Shown: positions 37,962-47,465, counted from the first letter of the stretch. The stretch: DNA of 64,000 nucleotides from Candidatus Tectomicrobia bacterium RIFCSPLOWO2_12_FULL_69_37 (GCA_001790955.1 MGDP01000039.1:193-64192); one strand, 5' to 3'. Notes: a model not told the origin generated them from the sequence alone. Translations and numbers: made by a program.

Positions 37962-38888
37962 ATGAGCAAGACGAGAGGAACGCAAAGAGGATGGATCCTC
38001 GCACTGGCGCTGTTCGCGATCATCGGGTGGGCAGGGCCCGCCGCGGCGGCGGGCTACGCCCGGCCGGAGCTTCTGATCTCGACCGAGGAGCTGGCGAAGC
38101 TCGCGAGCCAGCCGGGGATTAAGATCGTCGATGTCCGAGCCGCGGACGCCTATAAAGCCGGGCACATCCCGGGGGCGCTCTCCATGCCCCGGCCGTCCAC
38201 CCAGTACACGGCGGGGGGCGTCCCGGCGCTCATGGCGCCCGTCGAGAAGATGGAGGAAATCTTCGGCAAGCTCGGAATCAAGCCCACCGACACCCTGGTC
38301 CTCTATGACGAGTCGGCATCTCGGGAAGTGGCCCGCGTGTTCTGGACGGCCGACGTCCTGGGCCATGCCAAGATCCGGGTCCTGAACGGCGGCATGAGCA
38401 AGTGGGCCAAGGAGAAGCGCACCATCAGCAAGGAAGTCCCCCCGGTCACCGCCGCTGCCTACAAGGCCAAGCCGGACAAGAGCAAGGTCGCGGACGCCAA
38501 GTATGTCCAGGCGAGCATGAAAAAGCCCGCAACCGTGCTCCTGGATTCGCGGAGCGCCCGCGAGTGGACCGGCGCGGTGGCCAGTGGTGGCGTGAAGCGC
38601 GCAGGCAAGATCCCCGGGTCGGTGAACGTTGACTCCGATCTGGTGCTCGCTTCCTCGGGCGGGGTCAAGGTTTTCAAGAGCGCCGACGCCCTCGCCAAGC
38701 TTTTCGCGAAGGCCGGCGTGAGCAAGGACAAGGAGATCGTCATCTACTGCCTGACCGGCGTGCGGGCCTCCCACAATTACCTGGCCCTCAAGCTCCTGGG
38801 CTACAACAACCTCAAGAACTACGATGGATCGATGATCGAATGGGGCAACCGGCCGGAGCTGCCCATGGAGAAGTCCGCGAAGAATTAA
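37962..38888 (+). CDS. periplasmic tandem-rhodanese sulfurtransferase (thiosulfate sulfurtransferase-like)
   Basis: RBS AAGGAG. Signal peptide. Two rhodanese domains. Active-site loop 'CLTGVRA' (CxxGxR) in the C-terminal domain. Confidence 0.85.
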   Translation: MSKTRGTQRGWILALALFAIIGWAGPAAAAGYARPELLISTEELAKLASQPGIKIVDVRAADAYKAGHIPGALSMPRPSTQYTAGGVPALMAPVEKMEEIFGKLGIKPTDTLVLYDESASREVARVFWTADVLGHAKIRVLNGGMSKWAKEKRTISKEVPPVTAAAYKAKPDKSKVADAKYVQASMKKPATVLLDSRSAREWTGAVASGGVKRAGKIPGSVNVDSDLVLASSGGVKVFKSADALAKLFAKAGVSKDKEIVIYCLTGVRASHNYLALKLLGYNNLKNYDGSMIEWGNRPELPMEKSAKN

Positions 38889-38902
38889 CGCCTGACGCCC
38901 CA

Positions 38903-38937
38903 GCCGCCGCCGGGGGACCGGCGGCGGCCTTTTTTTC
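38903..38937. terminator. rho-independent terminator (bidirectional position)
   Basis: ccgccgccgg-ggga-ccggcggcgg followed by ccttttttt. Lies between the convergent rhodanese (+) and DUF296 (-) genes. Confidence 0.7.
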
Positions 38938-38977
38938 GCCCCTCAGTTGGCCTTCATGCCCAGCGCTTGAACAACCC

Positions 38978-39400
38978 CTAGACCAGCTCGTAGACGTCGG
39001 CGAACATCCCTTTCACGAGCCCCCCGCTCAGGTGCCCCGTGAGCACCTCTTCGTTCCTCCCCGGCGCTCCGCTCATGGCCATGTGGATGTGGACGTAGGG
39101 CTGGGGCTCGGTCCAGGTCACTCCCTCGCCGAGGGCCGCGGGGGGCTTGTCCGGCCAGGAGATGTTCCCCAGGCCCACCAGCTCCCGCCAGTCGCCGAAA
39201 TGGCGGCGGTCCACGTCGTAGCCCTTCATGCTCTTGAAGCCGGAGATCATGTCCATCTGGTTCATCGCCCCGAAGACGAAGACCGACCCCCCCCGGATGC
39301 TCTTCTCCTTCAGGAAGCGGTTGAACTCCCCGTAGAAGTCGTCTCCCGCCTCGAACCGCAGGTGGAACACCCGGCCCAGCTTCCGTTCCGTCGCTTGCAT
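38978..39400 (-). CDS. DUF296 (PPC-domain) protein
   Basis: 140 aa. 'GRVFHLRFEAGDDF' ... 'HIHMAMSGAPGRNEEVLTGHLSGGLV' fits the DUF296 pattern. Confidence 0.6.
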   Translation of the reverse strand: MQATERKLGRVFHLRFEAGDDFYGEFNRFLKEKSIRGGSVFVFGAMNQMDMISGFKSMKGYDVDRRHFGDWRELVGLGNISWPDKPPAALGEGVTWTEPQPYVHIHMAMSGAPGRNEEVLTGHLSGGLVKGMFADVYELV

Positions 39401-39452
39401 CTCGTCCCCTCCGGCTATGGAGAATTGATCCGGGGAATGCGGACGGCTCCCC

Positions 39453-40332
39453 TCAGCCCGCCATGGCGGCCTTCGCTTCCTTGTAGACGGTCTCCAGGCC
39501 CTTGCGGAAAGTCTCCTTCCGCTCCTGGGTCCAGAACGCGCCCTTGGTGGCGTCGGCCCAGAAGAACCTGTCGAACGCGGGATCCTTGATCGCCTCTTCC
39601 ATCGAGCGGCCCGCGCGCACGATTTTCTCCATGACGCCGCCCATGTCCTGGAGGTAGTTCCTGAGCTTGCGGACGACCTCCACCCCGCAGAGCTCGCCGT
39701 GGCCGGGGACGATGCGGCTGGGGTTCAGCTTCTCCACCCAGTCCAGCGCGGCGAGCCACTGCCTGACGTTGGCGTCCCTCATCCCGGGGGTGGGGCTGTC
39801 CATCACCACGTCGCCCGAGAAGAGCACGTTCTCCTCGGGCACGTAGACCACGCTGCAGGCGGGCGAGTGCCCCCCCAGCCGGCGGATCTCGAAGGTCAGC
39901 GGCGGCAGATGGAGGATCATGCTTTCCTCGAAGCAGATCTGGGGGGCGGGCACCACCGCCGCCTCGATCTGGTCCGCTTCCTTCGTGTGGCCCTGGTCGC
40001 GGAGGGTGTTCACGAAGAGGGCCTTGGCGAAGGGATGCTTGCCCGCGGTGCGGGAAATCTCCTCGTACACCCGCTGGGGAGCGATGAAGGTCACGTCCCC
40101 GACGAAGGCGGAGCCGGTGGTGTGATCCCCGTGATAGTCCGTCCCGATGAGGTACTTGAAGCCCTTCGGGCTGAGCGCCCGGATGTCCTTCTGCCAGTGC
40201 TGGGAGTCGGAGGGGCGCACCGGGCAGTCGATCAGCACGAGGCCCAGGTCGGTCACCGCCGCTCCGACGTTCGCCCAGTCGTATGCCGTCTCCGCGTACA
40301 GATGCTCGGTGAGTTGACGCACGGGAAGCCTC
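39453..40332 (-). CDS. MBL-fold metallo-hydrolase
   Basis: GTG start preceded by GGAGG. HxHxDH motif 'TDYHGDHTTG'. The 767-aa track ORF is an over-extension across two genes. Confidence 0.75.
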
Positions 40333-40354
40333 CTGTCTGGTCCGGTGGCTGGAG

Positions 40355-41377
40355 CTAAATCTTGTAAACGCGCCTCGCGTTGCCGGAGAGTATCTTCTCC
40401 TGATCCCCCCTGGACAAGCGGGAGAGGCCGGGAATCTCCGCCGCCCGGCCCAAGAGGCCCACGTCCCAGGGGTAATCCGTCCCGTAGAGGATGGCGTCCG
40501 CGCCGAGCGTCTTCACGGCGAACTCCAGGCAGTCCGCGTTGTGGATGACGGTGTCGTAGTACAGCTTCCCCAGGTAAGCGTCCGGGGCCTTGGCCCCTCG
40601 CACGCGGGTCTCCTCCCGCACCCCGTAGCCGTGCTGCCAGCGCCCCCGGATCCAGGGGGTGAAGCCGCCCAGGTGGGCGAGGACAACCTTGAGCCTCGGG
40701 AACCGGTCGAGCACCCCGCCGAAGATGAGGCAGGCCGCCGCGATGGTGGTGTCGAGCGGGTTGGCGATCAAGTTGTGCATGTAGAAATCCTTCATCCGGT
40801 CCCCGGCCCCGATGATGTCCCCCGGGTGGATGAAGACCGGCACGTCCAGCGACTCCGCCTGGGCCCAGAAGGCGTCCAGCGCCGGGTCGCTCAGGTTGAC
40901 GCCTGCCACGTTCGTGCCGATCTTCACCCCGATGTGGCCCCGCCTCACCGAGCGCTCCAGCTCGGCCGCGGCCGCCCCGGGATCCTGAAGGGGCACGTTG
41001 CACATGCAGTGGAACTTGTCCGGCATCCTCTCCGCCACGGCGGCGATCTCGTCGTTGTACATCGCCGAGATCTCCCGGTTGAGCCCGGCGTCGAGGCCGT
41101 AGAAGGTCATGTTCGTGATCGCGGAGAGGATCTGCCGGTCCACCCCCATGTTCCGCATGTGGGTCAGGCGGAGGTCGAGGTTGATGAGCTCCTCCGGCAG
41201 CCGGTTCCGCATGACCGTCCGCTTGCCGAGGACGGTGATGTTCGCGACGACCTCCTCGCCCCTCTTCCTGCCAGGCTGAACCGTCACGTGCGGGGCGAAA
41301 CGGCCGCTGCGGATCACGCCCAGGCACGTCTCCGGCAGGATATGCGCATGGAAATCGATGATCATGTTTCTCCTCAA
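40355..41377 (-). CDS. amidohydrolase-2 family (ACMSD-like) metal-dependent hydrolase
   Basis: N-terminus 'MIIDFHAHILPE', about 340 aa, TIM-barrel amidohydrolase signature. Confidence 0.75.
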   Translation of the reverse strand: MRRNMIIDFHAHILPETCLGVIRSGRFAPHVTVQPGRKRGEEVVANITVLGKRTVMRNRLPEELINLDLRLTHMRNMGVDRQILSAITNMTFYGLDAGLNREISAMYNDEIAAVAERMPDKFHCMCNVPLQDPGAAAAELERSVRRGHIGVKIGTNVAGVNLSDPALDAFWAQAESLDVPVFIHPGDIIGAGDRMKDFYMHNLIANPLDTTIAAACLIFGGVLDRFPRLKVVLAHLGGFTPWIRGRWQHGYGVREETRVRGAKAPDAYLGKLYYDTVIHNADCLEFAVKTLGADAILYGTDYPWDVGLLGRAAEIPGLSRLSRGDQEKILSGNARRVYKI

Positions 41378-41613
41378 ACTGCGGCGCGCTTCGGAAAGGA
41401 GTCAACCATCCTATCACGGGCTCGTGGAACCAAGGGAGCCGTGCGGCCTCCTTTCCCCGCGCGTCCCAGGCTCCAGGCGAAGACACTCCGCAGGGCGGGA
41501 CGGCCGAATCCCATTGCCGGATCCGCCGGAAGGCCATACCATCGAGGCGGCCCCCAATTGCGGCTGACGCCAGGTGCCTTGTGCCGCCCGGGCAGCCATC
41601 AGGAGATCCCACG

Positions 41614-42171
41614 ATGGAAGAAAAACCCTTGAACCCCTTCGAACAAAGCACCGTCGCCGGCGAGCGCATCACCGACAAGCCGGAGCTGCCCCGCCAGGGG
41701 TTCGCCATGCACCTCGTGGCCGACGCCGAGACCATCGAGGGGGAGGCCCACCTCAAGCTGGGGAAGTCCCGGGGCTTCGAGGTCTACTCGGACGAGCCGC
41801 CGCACATCGGCGGGACCAACAAGTTCCCTCCGCCGATGAGCTACCTCGCCATGGGCATCGGCTTCTGACTGCTCACCCAGGTGGCGCGGTACGCGTCCAT
41901 GATGAAGCTGAAGGTCAAAAAGGCCAGCTGCCACGTGGAGTTCGACTACATGCTTTCCGGGTCGGTCCTCAAAGGCACCGTCAAGACCACTTGGAAGGGG
42001 GTTTCCACCCGCCTCGACATCGACTCGGAGGAGCCCGCCGCGAAGATAGCCGCCCTGGTCCGGAACGCCAAGGGGGGCTGCTTCGCGGAGAACTTGGTGG
42101 TCCAGCAGGTCCCGCTCCACGGCGCGGTCTTCCTCAAAGGCCAGCCGGTCGAACCGAACGAGGCACCCTGA
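41614..42171 (+). CDS. OsmC/Ohr-family peroxiredoxin-like selenoprotein (Sec TGA at 41866..41868 replacing the peroxidatic Cys)
   Basis: RBS aggag 8 nt before ATG 41614. Translation '...DEPPHIGGTNKFPPPMSYLAMGIGF-U-LLTQVARYASMMKL...GGCFAENL...'. The in-frame downstream track ORF 41881..42171 is the continuation. The TGA aligns with the conserved 'LAGC' Cys of OsmC. Confidence 0.75.
41881..41898 (+). promoter_or_regulatory. candidate SECIS hairpin for the OsmC-like gene
   Basis: guggcgcg-GUA-cgcguc stem-loop with G/U-rich apical loop, beginning 12-14 nt after the UGA. Confidence 0.35.
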
Positions 42172-42184
42172 GGCCCCCCCCGCC

Positions 42185-43861
42185 CTACTCGGCGTAAGCC
42201 CCCGGCGCCAGGGCCTCGATGTCGGAAACCACCTCCACCACCACGGGGCCGCCCTTGATGGAGAGGGCCTTCTGGAGGGCGCCCTTCAGCTCGCCCGGCT
42301 TCTCCACGCGGATGGCCGCCGCGCCCATGGACTCGGCCACCTTGGAGAGGTTCGTCTGCTTGAAGGTCCAGAGCTGGCGCGAGTTCGCCTGCTGCTTCCC
42401 GCCGTAGGCCCGGGAGTAGATGTTGGTCTCCTGGTTCTGGGCGCAGTTGTTGTTCACCACGATGATCGCGTTGATGTTCCAGCGGACGGCCGTCTCGAGC
42501 TCCCCGATGTGGTACCAGAAGCCCGCGTCCCCCGAGAAGAGGACCACCGGCCGGTCTGGCAGGGCGCACTTGGCGCCGAGCGTGGCCGGGAAGCCCCACC
42601 CCAGGTGCCCGGCGCAGCGGATGTAGCCCTGGCCCGGGTGGTTGAGGTCGAGGTAACCCCCGGTCCACATGCCCGAGTGCCCGGTGTCCGAGACCACGAA
42701 GGCGTCGGGAGGCAGGTTGTCGCTCAGCTCCTTGATGATGCGGACGGGGTGGATGGGGGAGCTGTCCGAGTGGTAGAGGGGGGCGAACTCCGCCCGCCAG
42801 TCCGCCACCATCTTCTGGCAGTGGGCCACCCACTCCTTGCGGGAGGCCGCCGTCGAGGCGTCCGCCGCTTCGATGAGCTTGCGGAGCGAAACCTTGGCGT
42901 CCCCCAGGATGCTCCCCCGGAGGGGATAGTTGCGCCCCAGATCCTCGGGGTTGATGTCCAGCTGGACGGCGGGAACTCCAATCTTCGGCACGCGCCATGT
43001 GTGCGTCGTCATGCCTCCCGCCCGCGTGCCGGCGAAGAACACCAGGTCCGCCTGCCCCACCAGCACGTTCGCGCTCCGGCGGGAGTAGGTCCCCACCACG
43101 CCGAGCGAGAGCGGATGGTTGCCCGGGATGAGCTCCTTGCCGGTCAGGGAGGTGGCCACCGGGATCTGGAGCTTCTCCGCCAGCTCCACCAGCTCTCGCT
43201 TCGCGCCCGAGCTCCGCACCCCGCCGCCCGCCACGATGATGGGCTTCTTCGCCCCCGCCAGCGCCTTGGCCACCTGCCGGACGTGCTCCGGCTGGGGCTC
43301 CGGCCGGAAGGGGGGGTAGCGGCTGAACTGCTCCTCGGCCAAGACCTCGAGGTCGGCCGCCTCCTCCTCGATCTGGCCGAGCTTGCCGCGGAGGCGCAGG
43401 TGCACCGGCCCCGGATTGCCCGTCGTGGCCGTCCGGAAGGCCTGGCGGATGAGGTCGGGGAAGCGCCGCACGTCGTCGATATAGGCGTTGAACTTGGTCA
43501 CGCTCTCGAAGGCGTCGAAGTCCTCCGCCTCCTGGTAGTCGTGGCGGTAGCGGTACATGGGGTCGTATCCGCCCGTGAAGGCGATGACCGGCGAGCCCGC
43601 CAGATGGGCGTCCCGCAGGCCGGCGGCCAGGTTCAGCCCGCCCACGATCTGGGCCATGGTGATCCCAGGGCGGCCGGAGGCCCGGGCGAAACCGTCGGCC
43701 ATGTAGACGGCCGCCTTCTCGCCGTGGGTGATGACGCGCGAGATGCCCGTCCCCTCGAGATCCATCACCGCGAGGGCCCGGCTCAGCACGGTGGGCACGA
43801 AGAAGATATGGGTCACCCCGTACGCCTTCAGCGCCCGCGACACGTATTCCGCTCCGCTCAT
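42185..43861 (-). CDS. thiamine-pyrophosphate enzyme (acetolactate synthase large-subunit / sulfoacetaldehyde acetyltransferase-like)
   Basis: Start MSGAEYVSRALKAYGVTHIFFVP. TPP-binding 'GDAGFWYHIGELETAV...NNN'. About 558 aa. Upstream part of the track ORF is non-coding. Confidence 0.8.
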   Translation of the reverse strand: MSGAEYVSRALKAYGVTHIFFVPTVLSRALAVMDLEGTGISRVITHGEKAAVYMADGFARASGRPGITMAQIVGGLNLAAGLRDAHLAGSPVIAFTGGYDPMYRYRHDYQEAEDFDAFESVTKFNAYIDDVRRFPDLIRQAFRTATTGNPGPVHLRLRGKLGQIEEEAADLEVLAEEQFSRYPPFRPEPQPEHVRQVAKALAGAKKPIIVAGGGVRSSGAKRELVELAEKLQIPVATSLTGKELIPGNHPLSLGVVGTYSRRSANVLVGQADLVFFAGTRAGGMTTHTWRVPKIGVPAVQLDINPEDLGRNYPLRGSILGDAKVSLRKLIEAADASTAASRKEWVAHCQKMVADWRAEFAPLYHSDSSPIHPVRIIKELSDNLPPDAFVVSDTGHSGMWTGGYLDLNHPGQGYIRCAGHLGWGFPATLGAKCALPDRPVVLFSGDAGFWYHIGELETAVRWNINAIIVVNNNCAQNQETNIYSRAYGGKQQANSRQLWTFKQTNLSKVAESMGAAAIRVEKPGELKGALQKALSIKGGPVVVEVVSDIEALAPGAYAE

Positions 43862-43943
43862 CTTCGGCACTTTCCGATCCTCCCAGAATGATTCCGCGCG
43901 AAGGCGCGCCCGCTTCAGGTCCTCCGCCGCTCCCCGCGGCCCG

Positions 43944-44747
43944 TCACCGGGCCGGGATCTGGAGCTTCGCCCGGGCCTCTTCCACCGAGGCGACCTCCCG
44001 GCCCACTTCCTTCGCGATGCGGGCGATGCGGGAGACGTGGTCCACGTTGTCTCCCAGCACGCCAGGGTAGAGATAGGGCTCGTCCTCCGTCCCCACGCGG
44101 ACGTGGCCGCCCTGCATGACGGCCATGGTCTCCAGCGCGATGTGGGTGGGGCCGGTGCAGCTCGTGACATATACCGCGTGCGGCGGGAGCGCCTCCACCC
44201 GGTGCAGGAACTCCTTCATCGTGGGAGGGGACCACGCCCCGCCGGGCCGGCCGAAGAAGCAGGTCATGAGGACGGGAGGCTTGAGGAGACCTTTCTGCAT
44301 CACGTCGTCGATCAGCCAGAGCTCGCCTATCGAAAAGACCTCGAACTCGGGCTTCACCCCGTAGTCCGCGCACAGGCGCATCATGTCGGCGATCTCCTGG
44401 CGGGGGTGGAGCATCATCATGTCCCGCTCCAGGAAGGCCATGTTGTGGGCCCCGGCCGCCACCGACATCATCTCGGGCCGGTTCTTCACCACCTCGCGGC
44501 GCTGGTCCAGGGTCTGGGTGGAGATCCCGTACTGGAGCATGACGCCCGACCGGCCGCGGATGGCCTTGGAGTGGCTCTCCCACGCCTTGAAGTCGGCCGG
44601 GGGGGCGTGGATGTGGGCGATGGCGGCCCCCGCCTTCCAAGCCTTCTCGACGGAGACGGCGAGGGGCTCCGACTCCTTGAAGCGGGGGGGAACGCCGGCG
44701 TGCATCGAGGTGTCCGCTGCGCAGGTGGTGATGATGAGCTTGTCCAT
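43944..44747 (-). CDS. BKACE-family enzyme (3-keto-5-aminohexanoate cleavage enzyme-like, DUF849)
   Basis: N-terminus 'MDKLIITTCAADTSMHAGVPP...AGAAIAHIHA' is typical of beta-keto acid cleavage enzymes. Confidence 0.7.
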   Translation of the reverse strand: MDKLIITTCAADTSMHAGVPPRFKESEPLAVSVEKAWKAGAAIAHIHAPPADFKAWESHSKAIRGRSGVMLQYGISTQTLDQRREVVKNRPEMMSVAAGAHNMAFLERDMMMLHPRQEIADMMRLCADYGVKPEFEVFSIGELWLIDDVMQKGLLKPPVLMTCFFGRPGGAWSPPTMKEFLHRVEALPPHAVYVTSCTGPTHIALETMAVMQGGHVRVGTEDEPYLYPGVLGDNVDHVSRIARIAKEVGREVASVEEARAKLQIPAR

Positions 44748-44779
44748 TCGTTCTCCCCTGGGGGCGTCGCCGCCCCGGA

Positions 44780-45556
44780 TTAGTCCAGGCTCCCCTCCGA
44801 GTAGAGCAGGCGCCGGATGCGCTGGTTGTATTCCACGAACTTGGGATCCCCCATGGTGGCCATGGAGCGCGGGCGGGGAAGGCCGACGGGGATGACCTCG
44901 CGGATCCGCCCGGGCCGCGCCGTCATCACGACGACGCGGTCGGCGAGGAAGACCGCCTCGGGGATGCTGTGGGTGATGAAAAAGACGGTCTTCCGGCTCT
45001 CGAGCCAGATGCGCTGGAGCTCCAGGTTCATCTGCTCGCGGGTCATGGCGTCGAGCGCCCCGAACGGCTCATCCATCAGGAGCACGGCGGGATCGTGGAT
45101 GAGCGCCCGGATGATCGCGTTGCGCTGGCGCATGCCTCCCGAGAGCTCCATCGGGTACTTGTCCTCGAACCCATCGAGGCCGACCAGCTTGATCAGATCA
45201 CGCGCGCGCGCCTCCGAGGCCCTCCGGTCGAGGCGCAGGATCTCGGCGGGGAGCAGGGTGTTCTGGAGCACCGTCCGCCAGCCCAGCAGGACGGGATCCT
45301 GGAAGACGATGCCCACGTCGCCGCGGGGGCCCTCGATCGGGGTGCCCATGATCGACACCTTCCCCGACGACCGGGGGAGGAGGCCCCCCAGGATCTTGAG
45401 GAGGGTGCTCTTCCCGCAGCCGCTCGGCCCCACCACGCTGACGAACTCGCCCACCCCCACCTCCAGGCTGACCGGGGCCAGGGCGTAGACCTTCTCGCGC
45501 CGGGTGGTGAGGTAGATCTTCTCGACTTCTTCCAGCGTGATGCAGGGGTTCATCAC
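44780..45556 (-). CDS. ABC transporter ATP-binding protein (NitT/TauT family)
   Basis: Walker A GPSGCGKST, signature LSGGMRQR, Walker B LLMDEPFGALD. Confidence 0.85.
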   Translation of the reverse strand: MMNPCITLEEVEKIYLTTRREKVYALAPVSLEVGVGEFVSVVGPSGCGKSTLLKILGGLLPRSSGKVSIMGTPIEGPRGDVGIVFQDPVLLGWRTVLQNTLLPAEILRLDRRASEARARDLIKLVGLDGFEDKYPMELSGGMRQRNAIIRALIHDPAVLLMDEPFGALDAMTREQMNLELQRIWLESRKTVFFITHSIPEAVFLADRVVVMTARPGRIREVIPVGLPRPRSMATMGDPKFVEYNQRIRRLLYSEGSLD

Positions 45557-45605
45557 AGCGGTTCCCGCCGGTCGGCCCGGGCTCCCCTTCCCGGGCGCTG
45601 AAGGC

Positions 45606-47465
45606 TCATGCGGCTCGCTTTCCCTTGAACCTCATCCACTGCAAGGCATAGACCAGGGCGAAGCCGGCCAGCCCCAGCGCATCGGTGACCAGGCCCGGCT
45701 TGATCAGGGCGAACGCGGCCCCGACCAGGATCGCCCGCTCCAGCCACGTCGCCGGACCCAGCATCCACCCTTGCAGCCCGGAGGCCAGGCATATCACTCC
45801 CAGGACTGACGTCAGGGAGGCCCAAATGATCTCCGGGACGCTTCCCTTGAGAAGCAGCGCGGGGCCATACACGAAGAGGAACGGGACCAGAAAGCCGGTG
45901 AAGGCCAGCTTGGAGGCGATCATTCCCGTGCGGAGCATGGGGCTCCCCGCGATGCTCGCCGCGGCGTAGGCGGCCATCGCGACCGGCGGGGTCACGTTCG
46001 AGAGGACGGCGAAATAGAAGGCGAACATGTGCGCCGCCAGCGTGGAGACGCCTAGTTCGATCAGGGACGGAATGGCCAGCGCCGCCACGATGATGTAGGC
46101 CGGGGCCGCGGGCATGCCCATCCCCAGGATCAGGCAAGCCACCATCGTCAGCCCCATGGGGAAGATGAGCCCCGCGCCGGAGAAGGAGAGGACGAGCGAG
46201 GTGAAGCGCAGGGCGAGGCCGGTCAGAGCAACCATACCGATGATGATGCCGGAGGCGGCCGTCGTCAGGGCGATCAGCACCATGTCTTTCCCGCCCTGGT
46301 CGAGCGCCTCCAGGGCCTTGCCCGGCGTCAGGCGGGTTTCCTTGCGGATGAAGCTCACCGCGATGGACAGCACCACCGCGATGAAGGCGGCCCGGAAAGC
46401 CGTAAATCCCGATGACAAGGTGTAGACGAGCCCGACCAGAGGAATGGCGAGGTATAGGTTGCGCATCACCTGGCGGCCGCTCGGGATCTCCTCCGGAGGG
46501 AGGCCTTTCAAGTCCTCCTTCACCGCCTCATAATGGACCATCAGGCCGACGGCGAAATAATAGAGGACGGCCGGGAGGGCCGCGGACAGGGCGATGGACG
46601 CGTAGGGGATGCCCGTGATGTCCGCCATGAGGAACGCGACCGCCCCCATGACGGGGGGCATGATGGCCCCTCCGGTGGAAGCGGCCGCCTCGACCGCCGC
46701 GGAGAACGCCCGCTTGTAGCCCAGGCGGATCATCATGGGGATGGTGAAGCTCCCCGTCCCGTACACGTTGGCGACCGGGGAGCCCGAGACCGAGCCGAAG
46801 AGCGCGCTCGAGAGCACAGCGATCTTCGCCGGTCCCCCGCGGGTCCCTCCCGCGACGGAGCACGCCAGGTCGATAAAGAACCTGCCCGCCCCCGTGATGT
46901 TCAGGAACGAGCCAAAGAGGATGAACAGCGCCGCGTAGGTGGCCGAGACGCCCAGGGGCACCCCGAAGATGGCGTCCTGATCCAGGTACATGGAGGCGAC
47001 GATGAGCCTCCAGCTCCACCCGCGGTGCGCCAAGAGCCCGGGCAGGTAGGGCCCCGCCCAGGTGTAGACCAGCGCGCTCAGGGTTACCAGCACGAGGGGC
47101 CAGCCCGCCACCCGCCGGAGGCCCTCCAGGATCAGGGCGAATGTCGCCATCCCGAGGAGAAGCTCGCCATCCGAGACGGGGCTCGCCAATCCCTCCCGGT
47201 TCACGACGTAGTCGTAGTTGCCGGCGACGTAACCGATACAGACGACGGAGCCCAGCGCGAGCAGCACATCCAGCGCCACCACGGCGGGGTGGTCCTCATG
47301 GCGCTTGGACGCCGGGTAGAGCAGGAACACCAGCACCATCGTGAGCAGGAGATGGACGGAACGCTGCAGCAGCGCCACGAGCACGCCGAAGTAGCCGGTA
47401 TACAGATGGAACAGCGAGAGCGCGATCGAAATGACAACAGCGACCCCCGCGAGACGCTTCCGCAT
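45606..47465 (-). CDS. TRAP transporter fused 4TM/12TM permease (TAXI-type)
   Basis: 619 aa polytopic protein with typical N-terminus 'MRKRLAGVAVVISIALSLFHLYTGYFG'. Confidence 0.8.
   Translation of the reverse strand: MRKRLAGVAVVISIALSLFHLYTGYFGVLVALLQRSVHLLLTMVLVFLLYPASKRHEDHPAVVALDVLLALGSVVCIGYVAGNYDYVVNREGLASPVSDGELLLGMATFALILEGLRRVAGWPLVLVTLSALVYTWAGPYLPGLLAHRGWSWRLIVASMYLDQDAIFGVPLGVSATYAALFILFGSFLNITGAGRFFIDLACSVAGGTRGGPAKIAVLSSALFGSVSGSPVANVYGTGSFTIPMMIRLGYKRAFSAAVEAAASTGGAIMPPVMGAVAFLMADITGIPYASIALSAALPAVLYYFAVGLMVHYEAVKEDLKGLPPEEIPSGRQVMRNLYLAIPLVGLVYTLSSGFTAFRAAFIAVVLSIAVSFIRKETRLTPGKALEALDQGGKDMVLIALTTAASGIIIGMVALTGLALRFTSLVLSFSGAGLIFPMGLTMVACLILGMGMPAAPAYIIVAALAIPSLIELGVSTLAAHMFAFYFAVLSNVTPPVAMAAYAAASIAGSPMLRTGMIASKLAFTGFLVPFLFVYGPALLLKGSVPEIIWASLTSVLGVICLASGLQGWMLGPATWLERAILVGAAFALIKPGLVTDALGLAGFALVYALQWMRFKGKRAA

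Noticed and set aside
39453-41756. 767-aa single ORF
   Set aside because: Contains an MBL hydrolase with its own GGAGG-GTG start at 40332. The upstream portion is an out-of-frame overlap with the separate amidohydrolase gene (40355..41377).
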